Source of the DNA: Sminthopsis crassicaudata
Lineage: Eukaryota
Assembly: GCF_048593235.1 (NCBI RefSeq)
Contig: NC_133617.1
Coordinates: 60,597,767-60,661,766, forward strand
Reading direction: 5' to 3'
Length of the DNA stretch: 64,000 bases
Shown: piece after piece, positions 36,143 to 50,348 of the stretch
Numbering within the stretch: position 1 is the stretch's first letter
How the letters are laid out: every line of letters starts with the position of its first letter
Notes under the pieces: generated by a model
Seen by the model: the letters and a program-made list of their open reading frames with translations, nothing else
Databases searched by the model: none
What the model was told of the DNA's origin: nothing
Program-made: the position numbers and the translations under genes

Positions 36143-37693
36143 GACATGCACATATGTAACTATGACACAAAGGAAGTGAATAAAAAGGACAGAGAGGAGT
36201 GATCTGAGCCAAGAGGAAGGATTGGCCACTGGGGAAAGGTGGAAGGGGGAGGGATGGAGAGAGTTTGAGTGGGTTTTGAAAGGTGATTGGAATTCAGGAG
36301 ATTGGGGAAGGATATTGCAAGCACCGACAGAGGTGAAATTAGAAGGTGGTGAACTCATGCCCCACAGGGCCCCCAGGATGGTGAAAGGCCTGCTGAACCA
36401 TTCCATGCAAGAATCAGTTGAAAGAATGTCTGTATTTTTGTGTGGTGAAGAGAACAGAAAAGGGACAGGGTCTGGGGACCTGTCCATAGGGAGTGATTAG
36501 GCTAATTTGCTCTTCTTCAGAAGATAGAGGTGACTGGGACCAAAGAGTCACTGAAAAGTAGATTTGTATTTGATGTGAGGAGAAATCCCCAAGGAGGAGA
36601 GCCCTTTAAATGGATTGTTTTAAAAGATAGTGAGTTTCCCATTGGAGGTACCTAAGCAGAGTCTGACTTGTCAGGGATGTTATTGAAAGGACTCATGCTC
36701 AAGAATGGATGGGACTGAATGCCCTCTGTAGTCTCATCAAGTTCTTGGATTCTGAGTTATTCCCTTTTTTTCTGGAATAGAGAATACATAATGGGGACAA
36801 GCATGAGATAAAAGGTTGAGCCACTTAAATGGTACTAAATTAAAGAGAGCCTTAAATTCAAGGATCAATTCAATCCAATAAATGTTTATTAAGGTACCTA
36901 CTGTATGCACAATATTGCCCTGTTAATAGTTGGCTTAAAGAAGGTATTTTGGGACAAGGGCACTAGAATATTTATTAAGAATATATTATTGTAGATAGGT
37001 GTGTTGGAAGGTACAAAAAAAAAAAAAAAAAAAAAAAAACCATCAGCGGTTCTGGAGGCAGGCTATAAAAAAGCCTGGATGAGCAACTAGGATCAGAGGT
37101 TTGTGCTTTTTTGATAGGCAATGGGGAGCCACTGGTTTCTGAGAAGAGTGGTACATTATAGATTTCTTTTGGCAATTTCTAAGTATTTATCTCATGAGAA
37201 AAAAGGACTGGGCTCTTTGGGTCCCTTGTACAGGGTTGATAACTGAAGCATTTATAAGGGAGGGTCCTTGCCTAGAAATTAGTCCTGCAGAGGAGCAGAA
37301 GAGTTGATTAACAACATTAATGCCTCCCTATCTTTTCATATCTTCTGTCAAGAAGATTTACAATTGCCTAAAAGTTTCTGGTGCTTCTCTTGTGCTCAGA
37401 TGTCCTTGGAAGCCCTTGGTGGAGGAAGGAGGGGCTTTGGGGACCTGGGTTCAGGATGGGGTACAGGGACCTGGAGCAGGGAAAGGGCATATCCAGGGGC
37501 CTCAGGGAGGAAATCCAGCACCTTAGATCCTGACACTTCTGGCCTGTCACATCCCCAGGTCAGTGACTAAGTGGGTGCAGTCTGCTTCCACAGTGCCTTT
37601 AGTTCCGTGGAACTCTCTTCCCTTCAAGTGTGACCAGAACTATGGGCTTCTATGGCTCAGGCAACCTAGCCCAGCTCAGCACCAAGGAGGGGG

Positions 37694-37694
<1 letters not shown>

Positions 37695-37730
<36 letters not shown>
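37695..37730 (+). repeat. (CA)18 microsatellite
   Basis: Seen directly. Confidence 0.95.
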
Positions 37731-37733
<3 letters not shown>

Positions 37734-38160
37734 CATTACTGACTTGCCCAGCCCCTCTTTCGGCCAACACCTGCCCCGCCACTCTTATGGGGTCTATAAA
37801 TAGACCCTATCCCCGGGAAGATTCCATGTTACCAGCTGCCCTAGGTGCATTAGCCTCAGAAAGCTTTCTAACTGAGCACCATAGCTCAATGTAGATACTG
37901 AGGCATTCTCTGCTTTGTATACCAGATTCTGGGGAATCTACTTCCTCTGGCCTGATAGCCTTTTTGTGCTTCATCCATACGCTTTTGTTATTTCAACATG
38001 CCTTGCCTACATGGATGCTCTGCTTTAAATGATTGTCTTCAGTAGCTATGACTTTGTGAGCTTCCAGCTTTCCAATGAAACAGATTCCATCAGAGTGACA
38101 ATTAGAAAGCTAGAGAACTAGGCTTCTCTGATCTAGCCTTGCTTACCTCTCTGGAGTCAA

Positions 38161-38674
38161 AGAATGTCAGAGCTGGGAAAGCTATTAGAACATGGAATGT
38201 CAGCTAGGAGAATGGTTAGTATGTAGAATGTCAGAGTGAGAGAATTCTTAGAACAAGGAATATCATAGCTGAGAAAGCCAGAATGTCAGAGGAAGGATAG
38301 ACTTTAGAATATAGTGTCACAACTGGGAGGACTCTTAGAACAAGAAGTGTCAGCTAGCAGAAGAGCCCTTAGAACAAAGAATGTAAATACTGTAAAGACC
38401 TTAGAACAGAGAATTTGAAATGTGGAAAAAGTCTAGGAACATAGACTGTCAGAGCTGGGAGGGGTCATAGAATTTAGGATGTCACAACTGGGATTGGTGC
38501 TTAAAAACATGGGAGATCAGAGCTTGAAGGGTCAATGAGAAGACCCTTAGAAAACAGGATGTTAGAGATGGGAGGACCCTTAAATGTAGCTAGGAGAGTC
38601 CTTAGAATATGGACAATAGGAGCTAGAAAAGCTTTGGAACATAAACTATCAGATCTGGGAGAGAGATATCTTAG
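38161..38674 (+). repeat. Second array of the ~32-bp minisatellite family
   Basis: About 16 degenerate units of agaatgtcagagctggga...cttagaaca, same orientation as 16240-16830. Confidence 0.85.
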
Positions 38675-41600
38675 AGTTTGTTTCACAGGTGAAAAAACAT
38701 TTCTAAAAAAATTAAGTGAGCTGTGCAGTATACTTGGCTTTAAATGTCAGGCTTTATTTATTTGTTTGCAATCTACATGAGTTTTGGGTAGGTCCCTTAA
38801 TTTCTGGGGATCTTGATTTCCTTTGAAAAAAAGAGGATGGGCTTGGGCTTTGGGGATGGATTAACCTGGATTACCTATAAGGTCCCTTCTGGCTCTGAAT
38901 TGAGCATTTTATAATCCTATGATTCCTAGTTCTCTGTTCTTTCAGTCTCACCAGTAAACTTAGACCATCACTGAGGAACTTTTTAGAACAGAGACCTCAT
39001 GTTCATCCGTGTCCCTGATAGGCTCCTAAAAGGTGGGAATTGGCCTCCCGAGGCCCTCATTCCTGAAAGCTGTAGCTAGTAGTAGCCATTGAATCTCTCA
39101 AACTATGCCCATTGTGGTAGAATAACCAGAGTTTTAGCATGATATATCTCTGTCTTGCAGGTCTTTGCTACTCACTTTAGTTCCAGGTTTATTCTTGAGT
39201 CTCCTGATAGAAATAAGTAATTTGCCAGAGTGGGAGGCTATGGGAGGAAAGCACCTATCTGCTTGAACTGAGAAAGCGATAAGTAAGGGAAGAGGATAAT
39301 TACTGATACAGTACCTACTATGTGCCAAGCACTGTGCTAAATGTTTTATTTATTTTTTTTTAATCAAACATTTCATTTGAGAAGCTAGGCTAGTTGTACA
39401 TCTTGACTTCATTCTTTGTCCTCACTCAGTATGATAGATAGACTGGGTGAAGGAGAATTCCTTGCTCAACCTATATTTGGATTCAGATCAGAGAGGGTCT
39501 AAGACTTGTTAAGACTTGAAAAAAGGAGGAAGGTTTGAGGGCCTGAGGGAAGGGTTCAGGTGACCAAAGCTTTATCTTGAAGAACCTTGGTTTCTATTCC
39601 CAAATATGTTTCTGACTTGGTGTCTGATCTGAGACTCTTTGAGATTCTCAAAGGGCAGGTAATAGAGTTTGGAGCGATATGACGTGTGTGGTTGGTATTT
39701 TATGGAATGACCTAATGGAAATGAGGTATGAGTTAGGAAGCCCGAAATCTCTATTAGGTGACTGAAGTGTTCAACAAATCAATTTGTTGCCCTGGATCTT
39801 ATTTACACTATTTGCAAAATAGAGAAAAGGATATTTGCTTTTATTGTGAGGGGGAAAGTAGGATGTGAAAATGATTCTTGCATGTGTATGGTCCTGGTGG
39901 CTCCTGGACAAGCCCCAGGCTGACACTGTCAATCAATCTGAGAACTCCTGTTTCTCTCCCTTGTTCTTCTAGGTTCCCTAGCAAGCCTGGCTGTACCAGG
40001 AAGGTGAAATCTATTAGGGGAGGAATTGGTTATGTGCCAGGGACGATCCCTGTATTCCCCAGAGGTTTGGAGCTGTGTTCATAGCCACACTCAGCACAGG
40101 CTGTCACTTGGGAGCTGCTTACCTCTCTATATATCCCTTTGCAGCATTTTTCTCACAGTAGTCCCATGAAGGGAGAAAGTGCAAGCATGAAAACTAGAAC
40201 CCTGGACATGTCACAAAACATCTCGAAGCCTGAGTTTCTTCATCTGCAAAAGAAGGGCCTAGGCTCTCTGTCCTTCCAGATTCCTTCTAGCTCCTAATCT
40301 ATGTTCCTATAAATTCAAGGTGAGATAATTGACTTCCAGAAGCGGAGTTTCCAAAGGCCTGGTGTGCTTACCTGGGAAATGGGTGAGCCAGAGGGAAGCT
40401 GGTCTGTGAAGGAGATTGCCTGGCCATGTCTGTGACATGACTCTGAGGTGCTGCTATTCCTTGGACTCCAGGGAAGACAGTTGGCTAGCTGAGGGCTGGA
40501 AGTCACATTGGGAAAATAGATTGGTACTGGATAATGAAGGATCCAATGCCACACTCAAATCCTATCTTCTGCAAGTGGTTTTTTCTGGTCTCTCTGGCTC
40601 CTAGAGCTATTTCCACTGGGAGTGTCTTGTGTGCAACCCCAAATAGTTATACAGATGTTGTCTTTTCTATTAGAATGTTAAGTTCCTAGATGGCAAGGTC
40701 TTTATATCCCCCTGTGCCTGGTGAGTTCTTGACACACAGTAGGCACTTAAAAAATGCTTGTTGAGTGGCTGATCAAGGACTTAGAAGTCAATATAATCCA
40801 GTAGGAAGAGCCCTGAATTGAAAGTTAGGTTGTTCTACTGTCAACCAGCTAAGGAACCTTGAATCATACCATATAGTTCAATAAACATGTTTGGCTCCTC
40901 TTTTTGAACAAGGCATTAGGCTCATGCAAAAATAAAAGGTTCCACAGATGTAGTCAAGCCACTTTCCCCAATTCTCTCATAGAAGTGGCATCTGGCATCA
41001 TAGGATCTGGGTTCAAATCCCATGATTATTTCAGTAACCATGTTACCTTGACTAATCAGTCACCTTTTATTAGGTTCCTGCCATATTCCAGGGAGTGGGG
41101 ATACCATCTCTACTTTTCAAGAAACTTCCCTGCCATCTGGGGAGGCACCAAGTGCTTGTATAAGAATAGACAAAAAGAGGATAACTCCGAGACCCTGGCC
41201 GTTTCCCTTGGGAGGAAGGACTCTAGCGCTGAGGGCAAGTTACTCACCTTCCCTGTTTCCCAGTTTCAGGAGAGAAAAACAGAAGATGGAAGAGATAGCA
41301 GTGTCCTGGAAAGATTTCTGGCCTTGGAGTGTGGAGAACGGGGCTTGAGTCTTGGTTCTGATGTTCTTCTGCTGTGTGACCTTGGGCAAAGGCTTATCTC
41401 CTCAGGCTTCCTCATCTGTAAAACAGGGATGATTTTCAAAAATCATTTTTGCTACTTTTGTAAATCTTAAATGGCTATAGGAAGGTGCCATTGTTTTGTC
41501 ATTGTTCTGATCTCTGTGGCTCCTGCCAGAGCAAGTGTTTCTACTGGTAACACATGTGTCCATGAACACTTATGTTTTCAGAGGTCTGGTCCTATGGCTA

Positions 41601-44600
41601 GAACCCTTCCCCATGACATCAGGGAGTATGCGGTTTCCCAGCACTTTCTGAGGGCCCCACACTTTCTGTACCATGCTGAGGGAGTGGTAGTGGGGTGGTT
41701 TGGAGCCCTACATTGGTTCTCTTTCAAAAATAAAACTATCTTTCCCTCTCCCCTCTCGCTTCCATCCTCTGACCATAGTGGAGCAGCTTGGGACTATGTT
41801 CTGGTGCTTCTTGAGTGGCCAGAGACTCATCCACTTGATTTTCTGAGAGAGGAAAGATGATGATGTGAAGAGGAGAGCCCATTTCATTTTCATAATGGGG
41901 AGCCTTTGCCCTCGTTCAGCTTGCAGTCTAGTAAAGAGAGCTCACGTTATAAGGCCTACAAGATTATTTCCTTATAACCATGTGGTGGATGAGGCAAAAG
42001 TAAATAATAGTATCTCCATTTTATAGATGAGAAAACAGATTCAGAGGATTTCAATAATTTTTCCAAAGTGTTAGAGCTAAAAGGTGGGAGCCTGATGGGT
42101 GGCACTGGGCCTTGAACTCACAAAAGTACAGTCCAGGTAGAACAAAATCAATGCAGCAGAAAGATGCAAGAGAAAATTGCTTGTGATGGCTGTAAAAGGA
42201 ACAGCTATTATTGACTGGAAGATCTTGAAAGACTTCTTGCATGAGGAGGTATCTGAGTTGGGTTTGTTTGTTTTTTAAACAATCTGTGTTGATATCTTTT
42301 GTATTTGCATTACTTACCATTGTATCCCCCCACCTCCGGGAAAGCAGTCATTTATAACAAAGAATAAAATAAGAGAAAAAAAAACACCAAAAAAACAGTT
42401 CAGCAAAACTCTCTAACATTTCAAAAAAAAAAAAAAAAAAAAAAAAGCCTGAAATGAAATTATATGCAGTGTTTCACACTTGTGGTATCCCCCTACCTTT
42501 GCAAAGAAGAGAAAGGTACCTTCACATACCTCTTTGAGGCCGTTTGCTTAATACAATTTCATACCATTGTTTCATTCTTTCCATTCACATTATTGTAGTT
42601 GTTGAATATATATTTATTCTCCCTCATTTTCTTTGTATCAGTTCACATAAATCTTCCCTTTCCTGTACTCATCAATTACGTAATTTCTTGCAATATGGTA
42701 ATATTCCACATTCATGTATCACCATTTATTTAGCTGTTCTCTTACCAGTGGTCATCTACTTTGTTTCCAGTTTTTTGCTATCACAAACAGTGATGCTATA
42801 GATGTTTTAGTATAGATGGAACCTCTGTATTTTATAAGCTAGTTAAAATTTGAGCCAGGAGATTTGAGTTGGAGTACATTCCAGGCATAGGAAGCTGTCT
42901 CACTGGCTAACATCCATGGCTTAAGGGTGGAGGGAGAGGGTTGTGACTTATCTCACTGTACAACCTTGGGGTGGGCTAGAAGCAGGAACACTCACTGCAG
43001 TGCTCCTGGGCAGGAAAAGGAAAGGGAGCTATTTGTGGGGAGGAGATAGCACTGAATGGAGAGTCAGAGCACATAGGCTTGAATTCTAGATCTACTATTT
43101 GCTATTTCTGTGACCTTAGTCAAATGGCTTAACCTCTCTAATCTAATCTAACTCCAAAACCAGGGAGTTGAAGTTGAAGTCCACAATATCTAAGAGCCTA
43201 ATAAGATTCTATGTCTTTGTGGCAGGGATTAAATGCATGTGGAGGCCCAAGGCAGAGAAATACTTTTTTTCCCCCTCTAGTTATTCATTTTCCTTAGAAC
43301 AGAGCGGTACAAATCTTGGTCAATGCTGTCATCCAAGTCACCACCAGCGGCCACAGTGTTTCCCATTCACTGTCAAGATAGCTTCCATACTAATTGTGCC
43401 TTAACTTTTTTATTTTTTATTAATTTTTTCCCCTGGTTATCCATGTATATTGACTTTTAAAAATACATATTTCTGTATGAATCATGTTGAGAGAGAACAA
43501 AAGGGAAAAACCATGAGAGAGAGAGAAAAAAAAACAAAAACAAAATATACGTGAACATAGCATGTGTTGATTTACATTTAATCTCCATAGTTCTTTTTTT
43601 TGGATGCAGATGGTGTCTCCTGTCCAGAGTCTATTGGGATTTCCTTAGAGTGCCTTGACGGCTCATGGAAGTGGGTTTCTATCAGGACCAGTTTAAGCAG
43701 CAGTGCCCAAGACTACCCCTTAAATACCTCCTTGCCTGTGCCCCTGCTGTCACTTCCTTATTCTTCCTGGTAGCATCATAGAAATCTTCCAATCAGAAAG
43801 GTCCTCAGAGTCATCTAGTCTTAAGATGGTCATCACGTATCTTCAGGTTGCTTATTTTTTTGGAAAAGCTTATGGGTTCCCAAGGGCAATGCCCAGACAG
43901 GTGTCTTTCTGGAGTGTCTTCCCCTTTATGCTAGCTTTTCCTCCTCCCTGTCAAAGTGGCCTTTTCCCCCTTCTCTTTATTTCCTCCTGGGACCATATGG
44001 ACAAGCTTCCCTGCTGTGGCTGCACTCTGCCTGTCTTACTGTCTTTGCCTGATAATACCTTAATCCCTTAACTCTGAAGTGTTCTCAAATCCTTATTGTC
44101 TCCTTTGATCCTCAGAATAGTCCCATGAAGTAGACTAGGCAGCAGAGAATATTATTACTGTTTTACAGATGAAGAAACTGAGATTCACAGAGAGAAATTG
44201 ACAGCATCTTAGGCTAAGGGTGGGACAAGAGATAGCAAAGATCAACCTCTTGTTTTTGTAGATGAAGAAACTGGCCTTATATTGGGGAGCTGACTTGCCT
44301 AAAGCCACAAAGCTGGTTTAGTGGAAGAACTGGGCCTTGAACCAGATATCTTTTCTCCCAACCACTGTCTTCCCCTATGACTTTGCTACTTCATACCTCT
44401 CCATCCCCAATCCCAGTCTCTGGGGCAGCTTCTTGTCCCTTCCTGCTCCTTGCTCCAACATCCTAACATACCCAACCTCTCCTTATTCTTCAGCCATTTA
44501 CTGTTGCCCTTCCTTCTTGCCTCTTATCTCCTTAGGTCTGTGCACTTGGTTACTAAGGTAGAGGAGATGCTTGCAGCTGCTGAAGTACCAGGAACAGGAC

Positions 44601-44969
44601 CTGAGGAGCAAGCCATAAGAATGGGACTGGATCTAACTGAATCATGCTTAGGGATTCCTTTCTTATTCAGCAGCCAAACCTAACTCCTTCCCAGGCTATG
44701 ACTTTTTCTCCCTCACTCTCCAAGAAATCTATCTTCCCATGGAAAAAGCCCTGGATTTAGGGGCCAAAGATCAAAGGTCTTGGTTTCCTTTGATTCTATG
44801 CCCTCCTCTCCCACTACTTAAACTGTAATACTAGCAAAGCAAATCCCTTAGCATATATGAGCCTTGGTTTCCTCATCTGTAAAAAGAAGTGAAGAATATT
44901 GTAGCAGATGCTATATGGGATTGTGAGTGTGTGGAGTACTTTGAAAATATTGAAGTCTATATCCATGAG

Positions 44970-47900
44970 TTATTTTTAAAAATATAATTATTAATTTTTC
45001 CTAATTACATAAAAATAATTTTTAACATTTTAAAAAATTTTGAGTTCCAAATTCTCTCCTCTCCTCTTCCCTCATTAAAAAGTCAAACCATTTGATTTAG
45101 GTTATATGTGTTTAATCATTTCCATATTTATCATGTTCTGAAAGAAAAACCCCAAAACAGAAAAGAAAAAGTAAAACAAAATATGCTTTGATCTGCATTC
45201 AAACTCCAACAGTTTTTTCTCTGGAGATGGATAGCATTTTCATTCCTTCATAATTGTCTTGGATCATTGTATTGCTGAGAATATCTAAGCCATTCCCAGT
45301 TAATCATCATACATTATTATATATAATGTTCTCCTGGTTATAATAATTTCACATTGCATTGATTCATCTTAAATCTTTCCAGGTTTTTCTGAAAGCATTT
45401 TACTCATGACTTATAGCACAATAGTAATTCCATTACAAACATATACCACAACTTGCTCAGCCATTCTACACTCTCTCTCCAATCTCCAATTCTTTGCCAC
45501 CTCTAAAAGAGCTATTATAAATATTTTTGTACATATAGGCCTTTTACCTTTTCCTTTAGTCTCTGTGATATAGACCTAATAGTGGTATTGCTGGATCAAA
45601 AGGTAGTCCTGGGGGCATAGTTCCAAATTGCTCTCTAGAATTCTTGAATCAGTTCACAGCTCCAATATTTCAATTTTCCCACATCCCTCTCCAGCATTTG
45701 TCATTTTTTTCTCTTTTATCATAGTAGATAATCTTGAAGGTGTGGGGTGGTGTCTTGCAATAGTTTTAATGTACATTTCTCTAATCAGTAGTGACTTAGA
45801 GCATTTTTATATGACTATAGCTTTACTTTCTTTTGAAAACTGCTTTTTCACCTTCTTTAACCATTTATCAATTGGGGAATGGATCTTATTTTTACATATT
45901 TGACTCAGTTCTCCATAAATTTGAAAAATAAGGCCTTTATCAGCGAAACTTGGCTGTAAATTTTTTTCATAGTTACAATTACTATATTTTCCATATTAAT
46001 TTCCCCATTTATCTTTTCTCACCTTTTACCTTATACATCCTCCAAATACTGCTTCTCCAGATCTGCCCTCTTTTCTTTCTTCCTCTCTCTTATCCCTTTC
46101 CCTTACTACTTTACTATAAAGTAGGGTAGATTTCTGTGCCAAACTTGAGTGTGTTGAGTATCCCTCCCACTGGTCCATTGCTTTCCCCATAATCACTTCC
46201 CCCATCTCCTCCAAACACTGTAAAAGCTCGTTGATACCTTTTATATGAGATAATTTAGCCCATTCTACCTCTCCTTTTCACCTTCTCCCAATGCATTCCT
46301 CTTTATCACCCTTATATTTTTTTATTTATATTTTTATATATACTCTGTGCCTTCTATGTACACTCATTTTAACTACCCTAATAATAAGAAATTCTTAGGA
46401 GTTATAAGTATCATCTTTCCCATGAAGGAATAGAAATGGTTCAACCTTATTGAATCCCTTATTATTTATCTTTCCTGTTTACCTTTTTACACTTTTCTTG
46501 AGTTTTGTATTAAAAGGTCAGATTTTCTATCAGTTCTAGTCTTTTCATCAGGAATGCTTGAAAGTCTTCTATGTCTTGAATATCTATTTTTCTCCCTAAA
46601 GAATTATACTCAGTTTTGCTGGGTCAGTGATTCTTGTTTATAATCCTAGCTCCTTTGTCTTCTGGAATATTATATTCCAAGCTTTCTGATCTGTTAATGT
46701 GGAAGCAGTTAAATCTTGTGTAATTCTAACTATGGTTCCACAATATTTAAATTGTTTCTGGTTGCTTGCAATATTTTCTTCTTGAGCTCTGGAATTTGGC
46801 CATCATATTCCCGTGAGTTATCATTTTGGGATCTCTTTCATGAACGAGGTGATCAGTGGATTTTTTTCAATTTTTATTTTATCCTCTGGTTCCAGAATAT
46901 CAGGGCAGTTTTCCTTGATAATTTTTTGAAAGATGATGTCTGGGTTCTTTTTTTCAAGTCGTTCAATAATTTTTAAATTATCTCTTTGATCTGTTTTCTA
47001 GGACAATTGTTTTTCCAGAGATATTTTCTTAAATTTTTTTCATTTTTATGATTGTTTTATTGCTTCTTGATGTCTCATAGACATCAAGTTTCTACTAATG
47101 TTTAAGGTATTAAGATATTTATTTTCTTTATTGAGCTTCTGAGCCTACTTTTCTATTTGGCCAATTCTATTTAAAAGATCTTTTTCTTCAGTGAATTTTT
47201 ATACATCTTTTTCCATGTGGCCAATTCTTTTTAAACATTCTTCTTTTCATTGGATATTTGTGTCTCTTTTACTGTTTGGCCTATTCCATTTTTTAAGGCC
47301 TTATTTTCTTCAGTATTTTTTTGTGCTTCCTTTATCAAGGAGTTTATTCTTTTTTCATGATTTTAATCAATAAATGTAATTTTCTTTTTTTTTTTTTTTT
47401 TCCAATTTTCCCTCTACCTCTCTTATTTGATTTTTCAGTTTTTTCACTGTGGGGCTTTGGATCTAGCAGTTATGACTTTGTCGTCTTCTGAGTTTTTGTT
47501 TTGATCCTTTCTGTCATAGTAACTTTTTATGGTCAGATCTTTTTAAAATGTGTTTTTGCTCATTTTCCCAGCTTGTTTCTTATCTTTTAAAGTTGGGCTT
47601 TGCTCCCAGGATGGAGGAGACACTCCCCAAGCTTTGAAATTTCTGTGTAACTGTTTTCAGAGCTAGTTTGGGGGGGGAGGGAGTCTCTTAAGTGTTTAGT
47701 TCTTCCAAGATAGTATGATCTAAGGAGAAGTGTGTTTATTACTCTCTTGGATTGTGTTCTCCTTTGTAAGTAATCACAGGCATTCTATTCTGGAATTGTG
47801 CCAAAGTCCCCATTCCCTGTGGCCACAAGCTGTGATGGGCTACTGTGCTAGTGTTCCTCCTTGTCTTAGGACTATGACCACATGTAGTCAATGAAAGAAA

Positions 47901-48228
47901 AATCTGCACCTGGTGCCAAAGGGACCCCTCTAATCTTCTGACCAGTGGACTGATCCCTAACTCTCTGAATTACTTAGAGCTCTAGAAGCCACCACAGCTC
48001 ATTCAGTTGCCTCAAGACCTGATTCTGGTTTGCTGGGCTGAGGCCTACAGTGGCACAGAGTGTGCTCCACTCTCACCCACATGTAGACCTTAGACTAACA
48101 AATTATTTCACCCAATTCTTTGGGGGGTTCTGCCACTCCACAATATTTGAGGCATTATTTAAATTTATTTGAAGGGGAATTTGGGAGGAAGAATCAGGAA
48201 TCCCCACTATCTTGGATCTATCCCCTCC
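44970..48228 (-). mobile_element. Degenerate ~3.2-kb L1-derived element apparently lacking most of ORF2
   Basis: In order on the minus strand: 5'-end motif (cttggatctatcccctcc), 5'UTR, ORF1-like 46500-47450, short spacer, ORF2 3' end (gcatttctctaatcagtagtga) and 3'UTR. Confidence 0.55.
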
Positions 48229-48232
48229 ACAT

Positions 48233-48539
48233 GAGCCAAAACAATATGAAAGCTGCAGTGTTTAGATGTCAAATAAAGATGTCATGTAGAGAAGAAGTAG
48301 CCTAAATTCCAGATCATCTTATTGGATGAAGTGTAGATAAAAGTTAGCCTTCAGAGTTAGTGGGAAGGCTTCCCTACGGCATAAAATAAGCCATGAGTGA
48401 TTACATGGGCATTTTTTGAAATCTGCTACACATCTGTTGATTTATGTTCCCCATTCAGCATAGTATAATACAAAGAACTCAGGATTTAGAACCAGTGGAA
48501 CTGGGTTCAAAACCTGGCTGTGTCACTAATAATCTGGGT
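48233..48539 (+). repeat. Copy 1 of a ~305-bp local direct duplication
   Basis: Matches 49649-49951 with about 6 substitutions and 2 indels. Confidence 0.92.
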
Positions 48540-48583
48540 TATTATTGATTATTAAACAAGCTAGTCTTCCCATTTGGTAGCTA

Positions 48584-48822
48584 GGCCAGCTAGGTGGCAT
48601 AGTAGATAGAGTGCTAGGCCTGGAGTGAGGAAGACTTATCTTCCTGCTTTTAAGTCCAGCCTCAGACAGTAGCTGTGTGAATCTAGTTTAGTGAATCTAA
48701 CTGTTTCCTTATCTGTAAAATGAGCTGGAGAAGAAAATGGCAAAACCACTCTAATGTCTTTTCCAGGAAAACCTCAAAAGGGGTCACGAAGACTTGGACA
48801 TGATTGAAATAACTGAATAATA
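48584..48822 (+). mobile_element. Mar1-type SINE (tRNA head, CORE, RTE-like tail)
   Basis: Head ggccagctaggtggcatagtagataga; tail gaaaatggcaaaaccactc...gggtcacgaagacttggacatgattgaa. Confidence 0.75.
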
Positions 48823-49648
48823 AAACTTTTTACCCAGCCTGAGAGCTGAAGTAGTTCTTCCCATTCTCAGATGGAACATCTCAGGCTTTACTCTCTTTCT
48901 TCTCAGTTTGTCCTGAGTCTCTCACACATTCATCCTTTCTCTCCTTATTCTTACTATTTACTTTTTTCTGTCTCTTTTTCTACTTTAATTCCCTCTGATT
49001 TGTAGTTTGCTTGGACCATAGTACCTTTTGGGCTTTTGATTTTTTATTAACACTAAAATGGATAACTATAGGCAGATAATTTGGTTTTGGTTATAATTCT
49101 ATAGCTGGTTTGTCCAGACTCTCATAGAGAGGCAACCATGTAGATAGTCCTCAAGTTCAAATCCTCAGATATGTATTAGTTGTATGACTTTGGGCAAGTT
49201 AGCAAGTTTCTGTGCCTCAGTTTTTCCATCTATAAAATGGGGATGATACCTAACTTACCTGATTGTAATGAGGATCCAATAAGATAGTAGATATAGTGAA
49301 ATAGAGATAGTGAAATCTATAAATCTTAAAGTGCTGTGTAAATGTCACTTATCATCATCATCAGCAGCAGCATTGTAATCATCCTCTTCTGCATTGTATG
49401 AGGACCAATCTAAGGGAAGGTAGGGCTTAGGGACTGGTATGTGGCATAACATGTCTCCAGAGAAAGATGCCACCATTTAAATGAGGTGAGGGTGGCCCAA
49501 AGTTGATGTCTTGGGCTGGGCACCCATCAGAATCCAACTGCCTGGTCTATGCCCCTCTGATTGTTGATCTATGCTGCCTTTCTCAAAGCTAAAGAAGAAA
49601 CTGGCAGCCTGCCACATGGGCACAGATTAGACATGGTATTTTAGGGAA

Positions 49649-49951
49649 GAGCCAAAACAATATGAAAGCTGCAGTGTTTAGATGTCAAATAAAGATGTCA
49701 TGTAGAGAAGAAGTAGCCTAAATTCCAGATCATCTTATTGAATGAAGTGTAGATAAAAGTTAGCCTTCAGAGTTAGTGGGAAGGCTTCCCTACGGCATAA
49801 AATAAGCCATGAGTGATTAAAATGGGCATTTTTTGAAACCTGCTACACATCTGTTGATTTATGCTCCCCATTCAGCATAGTACAAAGAACTAAGGATTTG
49901 GAACCAGTGGAACTGGGTTCAAAACCTGGCTGTGTCACTAATAATCTGGGT
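49649..49951 (+). repeat. Copy 2 of the ~305-bp duplication
   Basis: Offset 1416 bp from copy 1; continues into MIR-like sequence. Confidence 0.92.
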
Positions 49952-50348
49952 AACCTCTGGCCATTCACTTCCTCTCCTGGGCCTATTCATCATTCAACTG
50001 AGGGAGTTGGACTAGATGATTTGTATAGTCCTTGCTAGCTCTGAAGCTGTGACCCTCTGGACCCGTGTGGATGGCCACTGAGAGGATGGAGTGATTGGAC
50101 CCTCCGCACTGAGTCTCAGAAGAAGACAGGGTTTTGGTTTGGAAGTCAGGGACTTCTCGAATATGATTAGAAGTAGAAATAGACCCCTAAGTCTTTCCTT
50201 TCCTCTTTTTCCTATGGGTACCACCAGTCCAGGGGTGGAGGGTAGGGAAACAAAGGACTGGGGAAAGGGCTGGGCAGCCCCAGCTTGGAGCTGGGGAGGG
50301 AGTGGGAATGACCCTAGAGCCCTCAAGATTTCCCCATCTTTGTTACAG

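Noticed and set aside
40904-41860. 188-aa and 129-aa ORFs in WIZ intron 2
   Set aside because: They run through MIR-like fragments, with no splice or homology support.
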